Below are positions 25,701 through 33,781 of a stretch of DNA of 40,373 bases, one piece after another. The notes under the pieces are model-generated. The model saw only the letters and a list, made by a program, of their open reading frames with translations. It ran no database searches and had not been told where the DNA came from. Source of the DNA: Tubiluchus corallicola (lineage: Eukaryota; Animalia; Priapulida). Each line of letters starts with the position of its first letter. Within the stretch, counting starts at the first letter, position 1. Location: positions 1 to 40,373 of the forward strand of contig JAQGDQ010001454.1 in the NCBI GenBank assembly GCA_030141605.1, written 5' to 3'. Both the position numbers and the translations under genes were made by a program.

Positions 25701-28700
25701 TAAAAAGTCACAGGAAGAAAGTCACAGGAAAAAAGTCACAGGTAAAAAAGTCACAGAAGAAGAGTCACAGAAAAGTTACAGAAAAAAAGTCACAGGTAAA
25801 AAAGTCACAGAAAAGTTACAGGAAAAAGGAAATAACTCTAACTTTAAGATGTTGAAGAAAATGTGATTGTTTTCACATACATGTAATGCCATCATAGGTA
25901 AACAGTGTTGTCCATATACGCAAGTCATGCTTTACCAGTTTTAAACTGATTTTAAAAAAATTTCTGTTTGATTACGTTAATTGTTTACGGTACTCAAATA
26001 GATTGTGACTGACTTGAATGTTATTGTTTGATTAGACTTTCCAAAAGGCTTGACCTTTCCTTTAAAACCAATATGTAAAATAAAAAATCTAGTCCTATGT
26101 ATTAACTCAAAGTGCCAGCGTTTCTTTTTCCTAGCAAAGCTGGAGCTGAAAGAAAACAATCACTAACCACCTCCGATAAAGTGAGTTTTGAGTCAGCTCC
26201 CCTTTCTCGCCTACAACTTTGTTGTTGGCATCCTTCTGTCTCAGAAGACAAAGGAGTGTGCGCCAAGAGAGTCAGTTATTGATCACATTGATGGAGCTGC
26301 AGCGTCGACTGTGGCTGAGCAGTGCGATCCTTGAACGTCTCCAGGGCGCACGCCTGGGCAAGGTGTATGGGGATCCTGAGTTGCCCAGACAACAGGAACC
26401 CCCCTCTTCCTCACTGGTGTAGTCCAAAAGAAAGCGGACCGATACGTTTGGCACCAGGTTGGCTGCAGGAGCTGCCGGAGTCAGTGAACATGCTGCACTG
26501 GTCCGCCATCGGGGCTCCACTCTTGATTTGGAAGGTTTACTCCTCTACACATAGCCGTTGTGTCACTTGACCTCCTCCGCCCTCTAGTCATTGGCTGCTT
26601 GTACAGCTCCTCCGCCTAGTGTCGAGATACAGTGTGGGCATCCCGCAAGCCTACAGCACCTGGTATTCCTAGGCGGTCACCCATGCAAGTACTAACCAGG
26701 CTCTGCGTTGCTTAACTTCTGTGATCAGACGAGAACCAGTACCTACAACTTACTACCAAGTTATTAAATAAAATTTACACGTAAATTTTGTCACCACCAC
26801 AATTATGGTACCCATCTAGTGAATTCTATTGTCTCAAGGGCTAATAGCCTAAATATCTTCTTCTACGTTTCGTGTTTAATTTAATCAAAATGGGAACAGC
26901 AATAATGGGACACCCTGTATTTTCACATATAAAAGCTGCAGGTAGAAAGAAGATACGACATCTCAACATTTAATGAGTTAATTAAGGGTATAAAAAGCAG
27001 AAGATGACAATTAGTGCTAGACATTGTGAAAAGAGATATCAGAAATCACAGACGCCATTATTTTATGTTTCGACGTCATCTTGTGACGTCATATGTGTTA
27101 TTATACACACATTTGCTGTTTTAGGCAGCAGCAAAAGTCATATTTTTATTTCTCTTTACATACTTTTAATTTTCTTTCTTAATTTTCAATACTTTTATGC
27201 CTAGTGACGTATATATTTCACGTCACGTAATAATAATGACGTCATAATTACATAAATCAGTCTCTGTCAATGAATTATTTATGACGTCAGACTTGTACGT
27301 CATCAGATTTTTTATTTAGTTACGTAAGATGGCGACAAAAGAAAGGTTAACATATGTTTCAAGTTACTAGTACATTATAGCAGTAATTACTTCATCACGT
27401 GTGACTAGTTCCGCTTAAAGATCAGCGGCAGCAGATTCTTATTATAAGTACCAACAGGTGGCATTGTTACTGAACGAGGTACAGTTAGCGCATGCGTGGT
27501 GTAACAGACCAATAACGTTACTCACGGTTCTGGTTTGGGCGCCTCTTCCTCCTCCCTGTAAAATATTTCAATTCAATTTTAATTTATTTATATTAAAGGA
27601 CAACTAGCATTATTTCAAATTACTTTTCAGGTTTTAAAAGCCACTTACTGGTTCTACTACTGCTGCTGCTACTACTACTAGTACTACTGCTAATAATAAT
27701 AATAATAACAACAACAACAACAATAATAATAATAATAATAATAATAACAATAATAATAATAATAACAATAACAATAATGAAAATAATAATAAATTAATAA
27801 TAATTGCAGTAAACAGCGACACAAACAAAGTAAACAAATGTTTGATAGCATATTATACCTAACGTGGCGACATCTTTAGACAAAATCAAGAAGTATTAGA
27901 ACCCAACAAATTTCATCAAGGATTTTAAGTCTTTATCCATTCATGTGTGTGGGTGACTTCGCTTAAATCGAATTATCGCATAATTCGTACTGTTTCTCTG
28001 AACGAATAAACTCAATGCAACAGTAAGACCGGCCGAATTCTCAACGTGTTTGGTACCTGGTGCAAAATGTGTGGCAGCAATAGAGCGTTAAACGCCTACA
28101 CCGCTCTTCTTAGTACAAAGTTTTTAATGTTACGCCAATATTCAGGCCTAGGCCTATAATATATCCCTATACATTGCTACCAAATGACGTAGGCCTTGGT
28201 CGGCCACACATTTTAAATGATTACTTACAAGTGAAAAAGTCTTTAATGTTAAGCCAATATTCAGGCCTAGGCCTATAATATATCCCTATGCATTACTACT
28301 AAACGAAGTAGGCCTTGGTCAGTGACATTTTAAATGATTACTTACAAAGTGCAAAGTCTTTAATGTTAAGCCAATATTCAGGCCTAGGCCTATAATATAT
28401 CCCTATGCATTACTACTAAACGAAGTAGGCCTTGGTCGGTGACATTTTAAATGATTACTTACAAAGTGCAAAGTCTTTAATGTTAAGTCAATTTTCAGGC
28501 CTAGGCCTTTAATATATCCCTATACATTGCTGCCAAACGAAGTAGGCCTTGGTCGGCAACATTTTAAATGATTACTTACAAGTACAAAGTCTTTAATGTT
28601 AAGCCAATATTCAGGCCTAGGCCTATAATATATCCCTATACATTGCTGCCAAACGACGTAGGCCTTGGTCGGCAACATGATTACTTACTCTTCGTATTCT

Positions 28701-28729
28701 TCTTCACTGTATTCCTCCTCTTCAGACAT
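10609..28729 (-). CDS. TnT: Troponin T, protostome type; full spliced gene span (12 coding exons per isoform, 361 aa with exon 8a or 359 aa with exon 8b)
   Basis: join(28729-28689, 27555-27526, 25096-25073, 23674-23642, 21340-21064, 20646-20488, [17050-16911 or 16850-16717], 15599-15536, 13410-13364, 11985-11940, 11794-11714, 10752-10609). All junctions are GT-AG and phases are consistent. Hallmark motifs: MSEEEEYSEEE, EEEELRHLKERQAQR, LETDRYDLEQK..RQEYDLKELAER, HPPKVAVASKYDRQVDHRTY. Confidence 0.95.
10793..11440. repeat. 74-bp minisatellite, about 9 copies, in the last troponin T intron
   Basis: Unit TGACGACAATATTTCGTGACTTT...GACACTAGCTGTTGCCA recurs at 10793, 10867, 10941 and onward. Confidence 0.95.
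11714..11794 (-). CDS. TnT: Troponin T exon 12
   Basis: gttttgcag|...AAG|gttggt. PKVAVASKYDRQVDHRTYSDRKDLFMK. Confidence 0.93.
11940..11985 (-). CDS. TnT: Troponin T exon 11
   Basis: tttctgtcag|...CCA|gtaagt. LKKGIDASEAESIHP. Confidence 0.92.
12076..12329. mobile_element. Degenerate hAT-like MITE
   Basis: Ends CAGGGGCATAT / ATACTCCCCTA; flanks CACTTAGG / CACTTAAC (6 of 8 match). Confidence 0.55.
12921..13122. repeat. About 21-bp minisatellite (GAAACAAGTTTACCTGGCGA-like)
   Basis: About 10 imperfect copies. Confidence 0.9.
13364..13410 (-). CDS. TnT: Troponin T exon 10
   Basis: ttttttatag|...AT|gtaaga. LKELAEREKQVKKQK(M). Confidence 0.92.
13479..14075 (+). mobile_element. tRNA-derived SINE with an internal 29-bp tandem expansion
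   Basis: A-box-like TGGCCGAGCAGTTTAG, B-box-like GAGTTCGATACT; tail AATAAATCTCGTCTTTGTCTTG. Confidence 0.6.
13592..13999. repeat. 29-bp minisatellite, about 14 copies
   Basis: Unit TGTTGCGTCTTTACCTGTGCTGTTGTAAG. Confidence 0.96.
14200..14887. mobile_element. Tigger-like MITE family D, long copy with eroded ends
   Basis: Aligns to 20769-21053 (same strand) and to the reverse complement of 24549-24909; ends CGTCATTAAGCGAGGACTT. Confidence 0.8.
15040..15400 (+). mobile_element. Decayed CR1/L2-type LINE 3' end
   Basis: Fragments TKGYS (cf. TRGHS) and WNSLPE, plus a FKKxxxKHL-like end; the WNSL segment is locally duplicated. Confidence 0.4.
15536..15599 (-). CDS. TnT: Troponin T exon 9
   Basis: ttttctgccag|...GAT|gtaagt. 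IIKLETDRYDLEQKCQRQEYD. Confidence 0.94.
15905..16027. repeat. Short tandem repeat (about 32-bp unit, about 4 copies)
   Basis: CTATTACTGxxCTAAAGTCTATGACGCTGGCT-like unit. Confidence 0.8.
16717..16850 (-). CDS. TnT: Troponin T mutually exclusive exon 8b
   Basis: gttgttag|...AA|gtaagc. IGGKKTKEMLEEEKQAYLKQRVKPCNVSGWDMSRLKEKAQELHQ(K); 134 nt, phase 0-2. Confidence 0.9.
16911..17050 (-). CDS. TnT: Troponin T mutually exclusive exon 8a
   Basis: gtgttcag|...AG|gtcagt. FQAGFKKTKEQLEEEKQGYLKKRVKPCNVSGWDMSRLKEKAQELHS(R); 140 nt, phase 0-2. Confidence 0.9.
17134..17502. mobile_element. Non-autonomous hAT MITE
   Basis: Perfect TIR CAGGGCCTATTTCA/TGAAATAGGCCCTG; perfect 8-bp TSD AATATATC (17126-17133, 17503-17510). 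Confidence 0.93.
17633..17671 (-). ncRNA. Minimal type I hammerhead ribozyme motif (U3-A8 core variant)
   Basis: TGCC-TTGATAA-T-GAAC cgttt GTTC-GAAA-CCGG-TC-GGCA on the minus strand. Confidence 0.72.
18531..18569 (+). ncRNA. Minimal type I hammerhead ribozyme motif (U3-A8 core variant)
   Basis: TGCC-TTGATAA-T-GAACA gtt TGTTC-GAAA-CCGG-TC-GGCA. Confidence 0.75.
18829..19202. mobile_element. Tigger/pogo-like MITE
   Basis: TA|CAGTGTTCCCTCACTTATCACG ... CGCGAAGTAGCGAGGGAAGACTG|TA. Confidence 0.85.
19900..20078. mobile_element. Short fold-back Penelope-like remnant with degenerate hammerhead cores
   Basis: Arms 19918-19988 / 20008-20078; CTGAAGA-T-GACT... present in both orientations. Confidence 0.55.
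20488..20646 (-). CDS. TnT: Troponin T exon 7
   Basis: atttttag|...AAG|gtaaaa. EEIKKRREEEKARRKAEAERRRMELMGATGQTDVQISPNYVITKREGEEPVKK; PNYVITK matches the TnT 'PNFxIxK' motif. Confidence 0.92.
20769..21053. mobile_element. Tigger-like MITE family D, truncated copy
   Basis: TA|CAGTATTTCCTCGCTTAACGAC..., collinear with 14200-14470. Confidence 0.8.
21064..21340 (-). CDS. TnT: Troponin T exon 6 (tropomyosin-binding helix region)
   Basis: attgtag|...GAG|gtttgg. HVQREEREEEAPQKQMTEAERAMEAARRKKKEEDEARWAEYQQLREIEREKEEEELRHLKERQAQRRKERAEEE...QIEE. Confidence 0.94.
21372..21514. repeat. Degenerate TGY/CTG low-complexity tract
   Basis: Seen directly. Confidence 0.85.
21630..21948 (-). repeat. Dispersed repeat family A, copy 3 (reverse orientation; further fragment at about 22268-22333)
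   Basis: Reverse complement aligns to 982-1270 (e.g. TTCCCAAGCAAAATCCTGTTAGTAAATCACTCTAC). Confidence 0.8.
22439..23550. repeat. 143-bp purine-rich minisatellite, about 8 copies
   Basis: Unit GGGACATTCAAAGAGCTGCAGAATGATGGATGG...GCAGACAAGCAGAGTGA with a 143-bp period. Confidence 0.96.
23642..23674 (-). CDS. TnT: Troponin T micro-exon 5 (33 nt, phase 2-2)
   Basis: gttttatttag|A GAA AAA CCA AAG CAG GAA GCA GCA CAA CTA AA|gtaagt = EKPKQEAAQLK. Confidence 0.82.
23730..24015. repeat. Three diverged tandem copies of about 113 bp
   Basis: GTGAAAACACTAGxGACACCTTCAGTxAAAATTA...AAAACATGGC occurs three times. Confidence 0.8.
24549..24909. mobile_element. Tigger-like MITE family D, internally deleted copy with both TIRs
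   Basis: TA|CAGTAAGTCCTCGCTTAACGACG ... CGTCATTAAACGAGGACTTACTG|TA. Confidence 0.92.
25073..25096 (-). CDS. TnT: Troponin T micro-exon 4 (24 nt, phase 2-2)
   Basis: ttttatttcag|T CCC AAG CCC GCT CCA GTG GCT GA|gtaagt = PKPAPVAE. Confidence 0.85.
   Translation of the reverse strand, partial: SQARSSG
25286..25827. repeat. About 15-16-bp tandem array (AAAAAAGTCACAGGT variants)
   Basis: Seen directly; more than 30 imperfect units. Confidence 0.94.
26220..26741 (-). mobile_element. 5S rRNA-derived SINE (SINE3 type) with RTE-like body and tail
   Basis: 5'-truncated 5S head (26741-26647); tail ...GAGACAGAAGGATGCCAACAACAA; peptide remnant SRIALLSHSRRC; perfect 10-bp TSD (CCTACAACTT at 26210-26219 and 26742-26751). 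Confidence 0.85.
26647..26741 (-). pseudogene. 5S rRNA-derived segment (SINE head, not a functional 5S gene)
   Basis: GGTTCTCGTCTGATCACAGAAGTTAAGCAACG...GGTTAGTACTTGCATGGGTGACCGCCTAGGAATACCAGGTGCTGTAGGCTT; lacks the first ~25 nt and an oligo-T terminator. Confidence 0.9.
27526..27555 (-). CDS. TnT: Troponin T micro-exon 3 (30 nt, phase 2-2)
   Basis: ttttacag|G GAG GAG GAA GAG GCG CCC AAA CCA GAA CC|gtgagt = EEEEAPKPEP. Confidence 0.88.
27652..27803. repeat. (CTA/CTG)-(AAT/AAC)n microsatellite
   Basis: Seen directly. Confidence 0.95.
28115..28688. repeat. 117-bp minisatellite, about 5 copies, starting at the exon 2 donor
   Basis: TTACTTAC at 28221, 28338, 28455, 28572 and 28681; palindrome AGGCCTAGGCCT in each unit. 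Confidence 0.95.
28689..28729 (-). CDS. TnT: Troponin T first coding exon (exon 2; 5' UTR part extends to acceptor at 28754)
   Basis: gcagccATG TCT GAA GAG...: MSEEEEYSEEEYE(E). Donor GA|gtaagt; upstream acceptor tttttctctttttag|. Confidence 0.92.
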
Positions 28730-29077
28730 GGCTGCTGAGATTTATGTAGCACAACTAAAAAGAGAAAAATGCTCGACATTATCAGTTAAATGATGGCGAT
28801 AATGATGTCCCCTCTTTCATTTTTTGTGGATTTGCAAAAATGTTTTGTTGGGCTTGAGAACTTCTTATGCATTACTGGTTCTACTGGCATTAATGGAATG
28901 GCCATTGACTTTTGGGCGCGATTTGTGTAAAAACATGACACACGTACGTTTTTGTCGAGCCAACATAAGTTGCCATGTTCGAATACAAAAGCTGGTAGTG
29001 TGTTAGCACCCTGAATTTCTCAAACCTACTGTAACAACACGCCCTTTCATTAGAATGCCTTGAGAATCCTCAAGAAG

Positions 29078-29652
29078 TAACAGCCAACAGACTGACACAC
29101 CGTGGGAGTTAATCCGCATGCTATAACAGCCCACAGACTGACACACCGTGGGAGTGAAACCGCATGGTATAACAACCTACAGACTGACACACTGTGGGAG
29201 TGAATCCGCATGGTATAACAACCCACAGACTGACACGCCGTGGGAGTGAATCCGCATGGTATAACAACCGACAGACTGACACACCGTGTGAGTGAATCCG
29301 CATGATATAACAACCCACAGACTGACACACCGTGAGAGTGAATCCGCATGATATAACAGCCCACAGACTGATACACCGTGGGAGTGAATCCGCATTGTAT
29401 AACAACCCACAGACTGACACACCGTGGGCGTGAATCCGCATGGTATAACAGCCCACAGACTGACACACCGTGGGAGTGAATCCGCATTGTATAACAACCC
29501 ACAGACTGACACACCGTGGGCGTGAATCCGCATGGTATAACAACCCACAGACTGACACACCGTGAGAGTGAATCCGCATGGTATAACAACCCACAGACTG
29601 ACACACCGTGGGAGTGAATCCGCATGGTATAACAGCCCACAGACTGACACAC
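29078..29652. repeat. 46-bp minisatellite, about 12 copies
   Basis: Unit ACAGACTGACACACCGTGGGAGTGAATCCGCATGGTATAACAACCC. Confidence 0.97.
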
Positions 29653-29960
29653 TTCGCCCACTGAGACGCACGCTATCTGATTCTGGTGCAAAAACTTTGG
29701 AATGTGAAGCCAATTGGTGTAGTGTAACATTAGAAGCAAACAGCTGATCCACTTTTAGCCGTGTTTACGCCTCACACGCTTGACTGAGGGGGGAAAGAGT
29801 TACTGTACATTGCTGCCGAGTAATGAATGTTTCTGAGTCTAGATGTGAAATAAGCAACATCATAGACGCGCAGTGATAAAAACCATCGCGCAATTACTCG
29901 TTTTTGGCTCGAAATTGAAACAGACCGAATTAGAGCGAATGTGAGAAAATCGGTACAAAA

Positions 29961-30020
29961 GTCGGAGACGAACCAGGGACTTTCGGTTTACAAGTCTAGT
30001 GCCACGACCACTAGAGTACA
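29961..30020 (-). mobile_element. Degenerate tRNA-like SINE head
   Basis: TCTAGTGGTCGTGG (A-box-like) ... CTTGTAA ... GGTTCGTCTCC (B-box-like); no intact acceptor stem. Confidence 0.4.
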
Positions 30021-30191
30021 CACACACATACACAGCTCAATTGTGATCAGTGCAAGTCCTGATTGGTCTACTCTGGCTTAACATAAGAATTATAACTCCT
30101 TTCCCTCATTAAATGATTAAAGCGGTTCAAAACCATTTATGCTTTGCTGTTAGTTTTATAAATTTTATAAATTGAAGGAACTAAACGAATG

Positions 30192-30230
30192 CGAAGACGA
30201 CAACGACGACGAGGATGACGACGATGAAGG

Positions 30231-30324
<94 letters not shown>

Positions 30325-30355
30325 AATGATGATGATGATGATGATGATGATGACG
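30192..30355. repeat. (GAT)n microsatellite
   Basis: Seen directly. Confidence 0.97.
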
Positions 30356-30464
30356 CTGCTGACGCTGCTAGTGGTGGTAAAGATGGTGATGTCAATTTTA
30401 TTTATTTGTTCGTAATAGCAGGCATCTTCGTTCTCTTTGTTTGCTTACTCACCCACTCTCTTGC

Positions 30465-30668
30465 TTGTTCATTCAAATGCAGTTCATTTACTTATGCATA
30501 TTCACGATTCGTTTGTTCATTCATTCTGTCATTCGGTCATTCATTCATTCAGTCAGTCATTCCTTCCTTCTTTTCTTCATTCATTCGTTCTTTCACCCAT
30601 TCATTACATCATTCTTTTATTCGTTAGTTCGTTCACTCATTCATTCATTCACTCTGTCGGTTATTCAT
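30465..30668. repeat. Degenerate (TTCA)n tract
   Basis: Seen directly. Confidence 0.85.
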
Positions 30669-30746
30669 TGGCAGTGCGATGCGTGAGTGTAAAACTTGCA
30701 TCCCTCGGTGTGCCAGTACTCGAGCGTGGCACACAAAAGTGCCTAC

Positions 30747-31212
30747 AAAAGTTAGCAATTGTTCCTTATATTTGAATAATTAGCTTAGAAAGTTAATTAA
30801 CGGCAACCGAACACAGCTATTGCTTACGTCAGAAACTAACCACAGTTTGTGCAATGACAATGTCTTCCCTTGCGTATCAACTACATTTGCATAAGTGTTA
30901 CAGTACTGCTTAAACGCGTGATGTCATGAATAATGTGCTTTACATCATATGACGTCAGAAACTTACACTGCAGTTCATGATCATGATTATCACGGTACCA
31001 CCTTCTATTTGTCGGCCACGCAAATGTGACAAAAAGGCGCCACTGCCAATCTTAGTAGATTCACTGAGCCGCGCGTAGCTTTGAAAGTTTAACGAAATCC
31101 AAGGTAATTATTATTTAATCTAAGCTTTGATTTAAAAAAGCTTTTGTAGTTTTTAATATTTTAGAGCATTCTTTATTCTGAACTCGTGTTTACACAATCG
31201 TCCGGTTTTCCT
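30747..31212. mobile_element. Family B copy (Kolobok-like, left end missing)
   Basis: Aligns to 4176-4648 over about 460 bp; ends TCCGGTTTTCCT close to TTAA. Confidence 0.7.
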
Positions 31213-32206
31213 TTTAATTTATATTTTCATAGAATCACGGTTAAGAACACCGAACGATGAAAAACGTCTTCAAATTCCTGAACGTCGACTGTAGTATATG
31301 ATCTTGTAAACAATGAGTAAATGGCTTCAGTTTCAAACTGTTTACTGTAAACACTAGTCGACGTAGACCAATACTAAGGGCTTCCTGATTTACTGTTCTA
31401 ACCTAACATTCATTCATCGTGATACAGGGCGTTGCAAAAATAATGCACTCACAAGCAAATGCATTCGTGTAGGACAAGGTAGGGTTGCCACCAGTCCTGA
31501 TTTGGCTGAAATTCAGCCATAGATTCGTAGTTTGAAAAATTCTTGAAATTTCCCGATTTCAGCCTTGACGGTGAAATTTAAGTAGAAAAACAGTGGAAAT
31601 ACAGCTTGCATGTTATTGAAACTTAGCAAAAGATTAAGCCAAAAAAAACAGCTGAGTTTCTGTTAATTAAAGTAACAGTCAACTTATTAAATTAAGTTGA
31701 ATCGGTTGCATGGCTTCATCATTTCTACATTTTTCACCAATTTTTGCTGCAGGTGCAAATGCTGTAAATGAAGTATTCTTCCGTTCTTAGCTCTAGTTCA
31801 CATAACATAAAGTGCTTAATAATTTGATTGCTAAACCCCGATCCCAGTAACCACATCAAACGTTAGAAATGTGACTGGGAAGAAACTCCAAAAATTGATG
31901 TACAGGCTCCTTGCACTTTTGTAAGTTTTAGATTTTTAGGACTTTTCGGGAGTCTTAATTTTGTACTTTGAATTTCTTGATTTTAGTTTCTGAAAAGGAC
32001 CTCGTAAAACAAGTAAAATGCAGGAAATGTTTGGTTCCCGGGGTCCGTCCCGGGCCCCACAGGGAGAGCTTACAGACCCCCTAGTTAGCTCTTAACTCCT
32101 TAACCCTTAAATTTTTTTCACTCTTTAAGGCTCACTCAAATTCGTAATTACATATTATGTTTTCCTTTCTCAACTTTCAGGTTTATTGCTCTTATGCCAT
32201 TGCTAT

Positions 32207-33713
32207 TATTACATCATTTACTTCATCCTTATTTACATTAAGTTATCTACAGAAGCATGCATAACTATAATCATTTTTCATTTAAGTGAGGTGAGTGTGT
32301 TAATGACCGTATGGTCGTACACTCACCTCGCACTACTCAAATACTACATCATTTACTTCATCCTTATTTACATTAAGTTATCTACAGAAGCATGCATAAC
32401 TATAATCATTTTTTCATTTAAGTAAGGTGAGTGTGTTAATGACCGTATGGTCGTACACTCACCTCGCACTACTCAAATACTACATCATTTACTTCATCCT
32501 TATTTACATTAAGTTATCTACAGAAGCATGCATAACTATAATCATTTTTTCATTTAAGTAAGGTGAGTGTGTTAATGACCGTATGGTCGTACACTCACCT
32601 CGCACTACTCAAATTATTACATCATTTACTTCATCCTTATTTACATTAAGTTATCTACAGAAGCATGCATAACTATAATCATTTTTTCATTTAAGTAAGG
32701 TGAGTGTGTTAATGACCGTATGGTCGTACACTCACCTCGCACTACTCAAATTATTACATCATTTACTTCATCCTTATTTACATTAAGTTATCTACAGAAG
32801 CATGCATAACTATAATCATTTTTTCATTTAAGTAAGGTGAGTGTGTTAATGACCGTATGGTCGTACACTCACCTCGCACTACTCAAATTATTACATCATT
32901 TACTTCATCCTTATTTACATTAAGTTATCTACAGAAGCATGCATAACTATAATCATTTTTTCATTTAAGTAAGGTGAGTGTGTTAATGACCGTATGGTCG
33001 TACACTCACCTCGCACTACTCAAATTATTACATCATTTACTTCATCCTTATTTACATTAAGTTATCTACAGAAGCATGCATAACTATAATCATTTTTTCA
33101 TTTAAGTAAGGTGAGTGTGTTAATGACCGTATGGTCGTACACTCACCTCGCACTACTCAAATTATTACATCATTTACTTCATCCTTATTTACATTAAGTT
33201 ATCTACAGAAGCATGCATAACTATAATCATTTTTTCATTTAAGTAAGGTGAGTGTGTTAATGACCGTATGGTCGTACACTCACCTCGCACTACTCAAATT
33301 ATTACATCATTTACTTCATCCTTATTTACATTAAGTTATCTACAGAAGCATGCATAACTATAATCATTTTTTCATTTAAGTAAGGTGAGTGTGTTAATGA
33401 CCGTATGGTCGTACACTCACCTCGCACTACTCAAATTATTACATCATTTACTTCATCCTTATTTACATTAAGTTATCTACAGAAGCATGCATAACTATAA
33501 TCATTTTTTCATTTAAGTAAGGTGAGTGTGTTAATGACCGTATGGTCGTACACTCACCTCGCACTACTCAAATTATTACATCATTTACTTCATCCTTATT
33601 TACATTAAGTTATCTACAGAAGCATGCATAACTATAATCATTTTTTCATTTAAGTAAGGTGAGTGTGTTAATGACCGTATGGTCGTACACTCACCTCGCA
33701 CTACTCAAATTAT
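32207..33713. repeat. 137-bp tandem array, about 11 near-identical copies, each with a hairpin
   Basis: AGGTGAGTGT recurs at 32561, 32698, 32835 and onward. Confidence 0.97.
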
Positions 33714-33781
33714 TTTATTTAAAGTTTACTAATGTGTTTGATATTGTATTTTTTGATGTGTGAAATAAAACTCATAGTTCA

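Larger units (their letters stand above)
25153..26917. mobile_element. Mariner-type MITE expanded by nested insertions
   Basis: TA|CCGGGTGTCCCAAAATTGCTGTTCC ... GGAACAGCAATAATGGGACACCCTG|TA (25-bp TIR, 3 mismatches). Confidence 0.8.

Noticed and set aside
26647-26741. Functional 5S rRNA gene
   Set aside because: It is 5'-truncated, has no T-run terminator, and is fused to a retroposon body inside a TSD.
29050-29752. Cys/His-rich repetitive ORFs
   Set aside because: Translation of the 46-bp minisatellite in all three frames.
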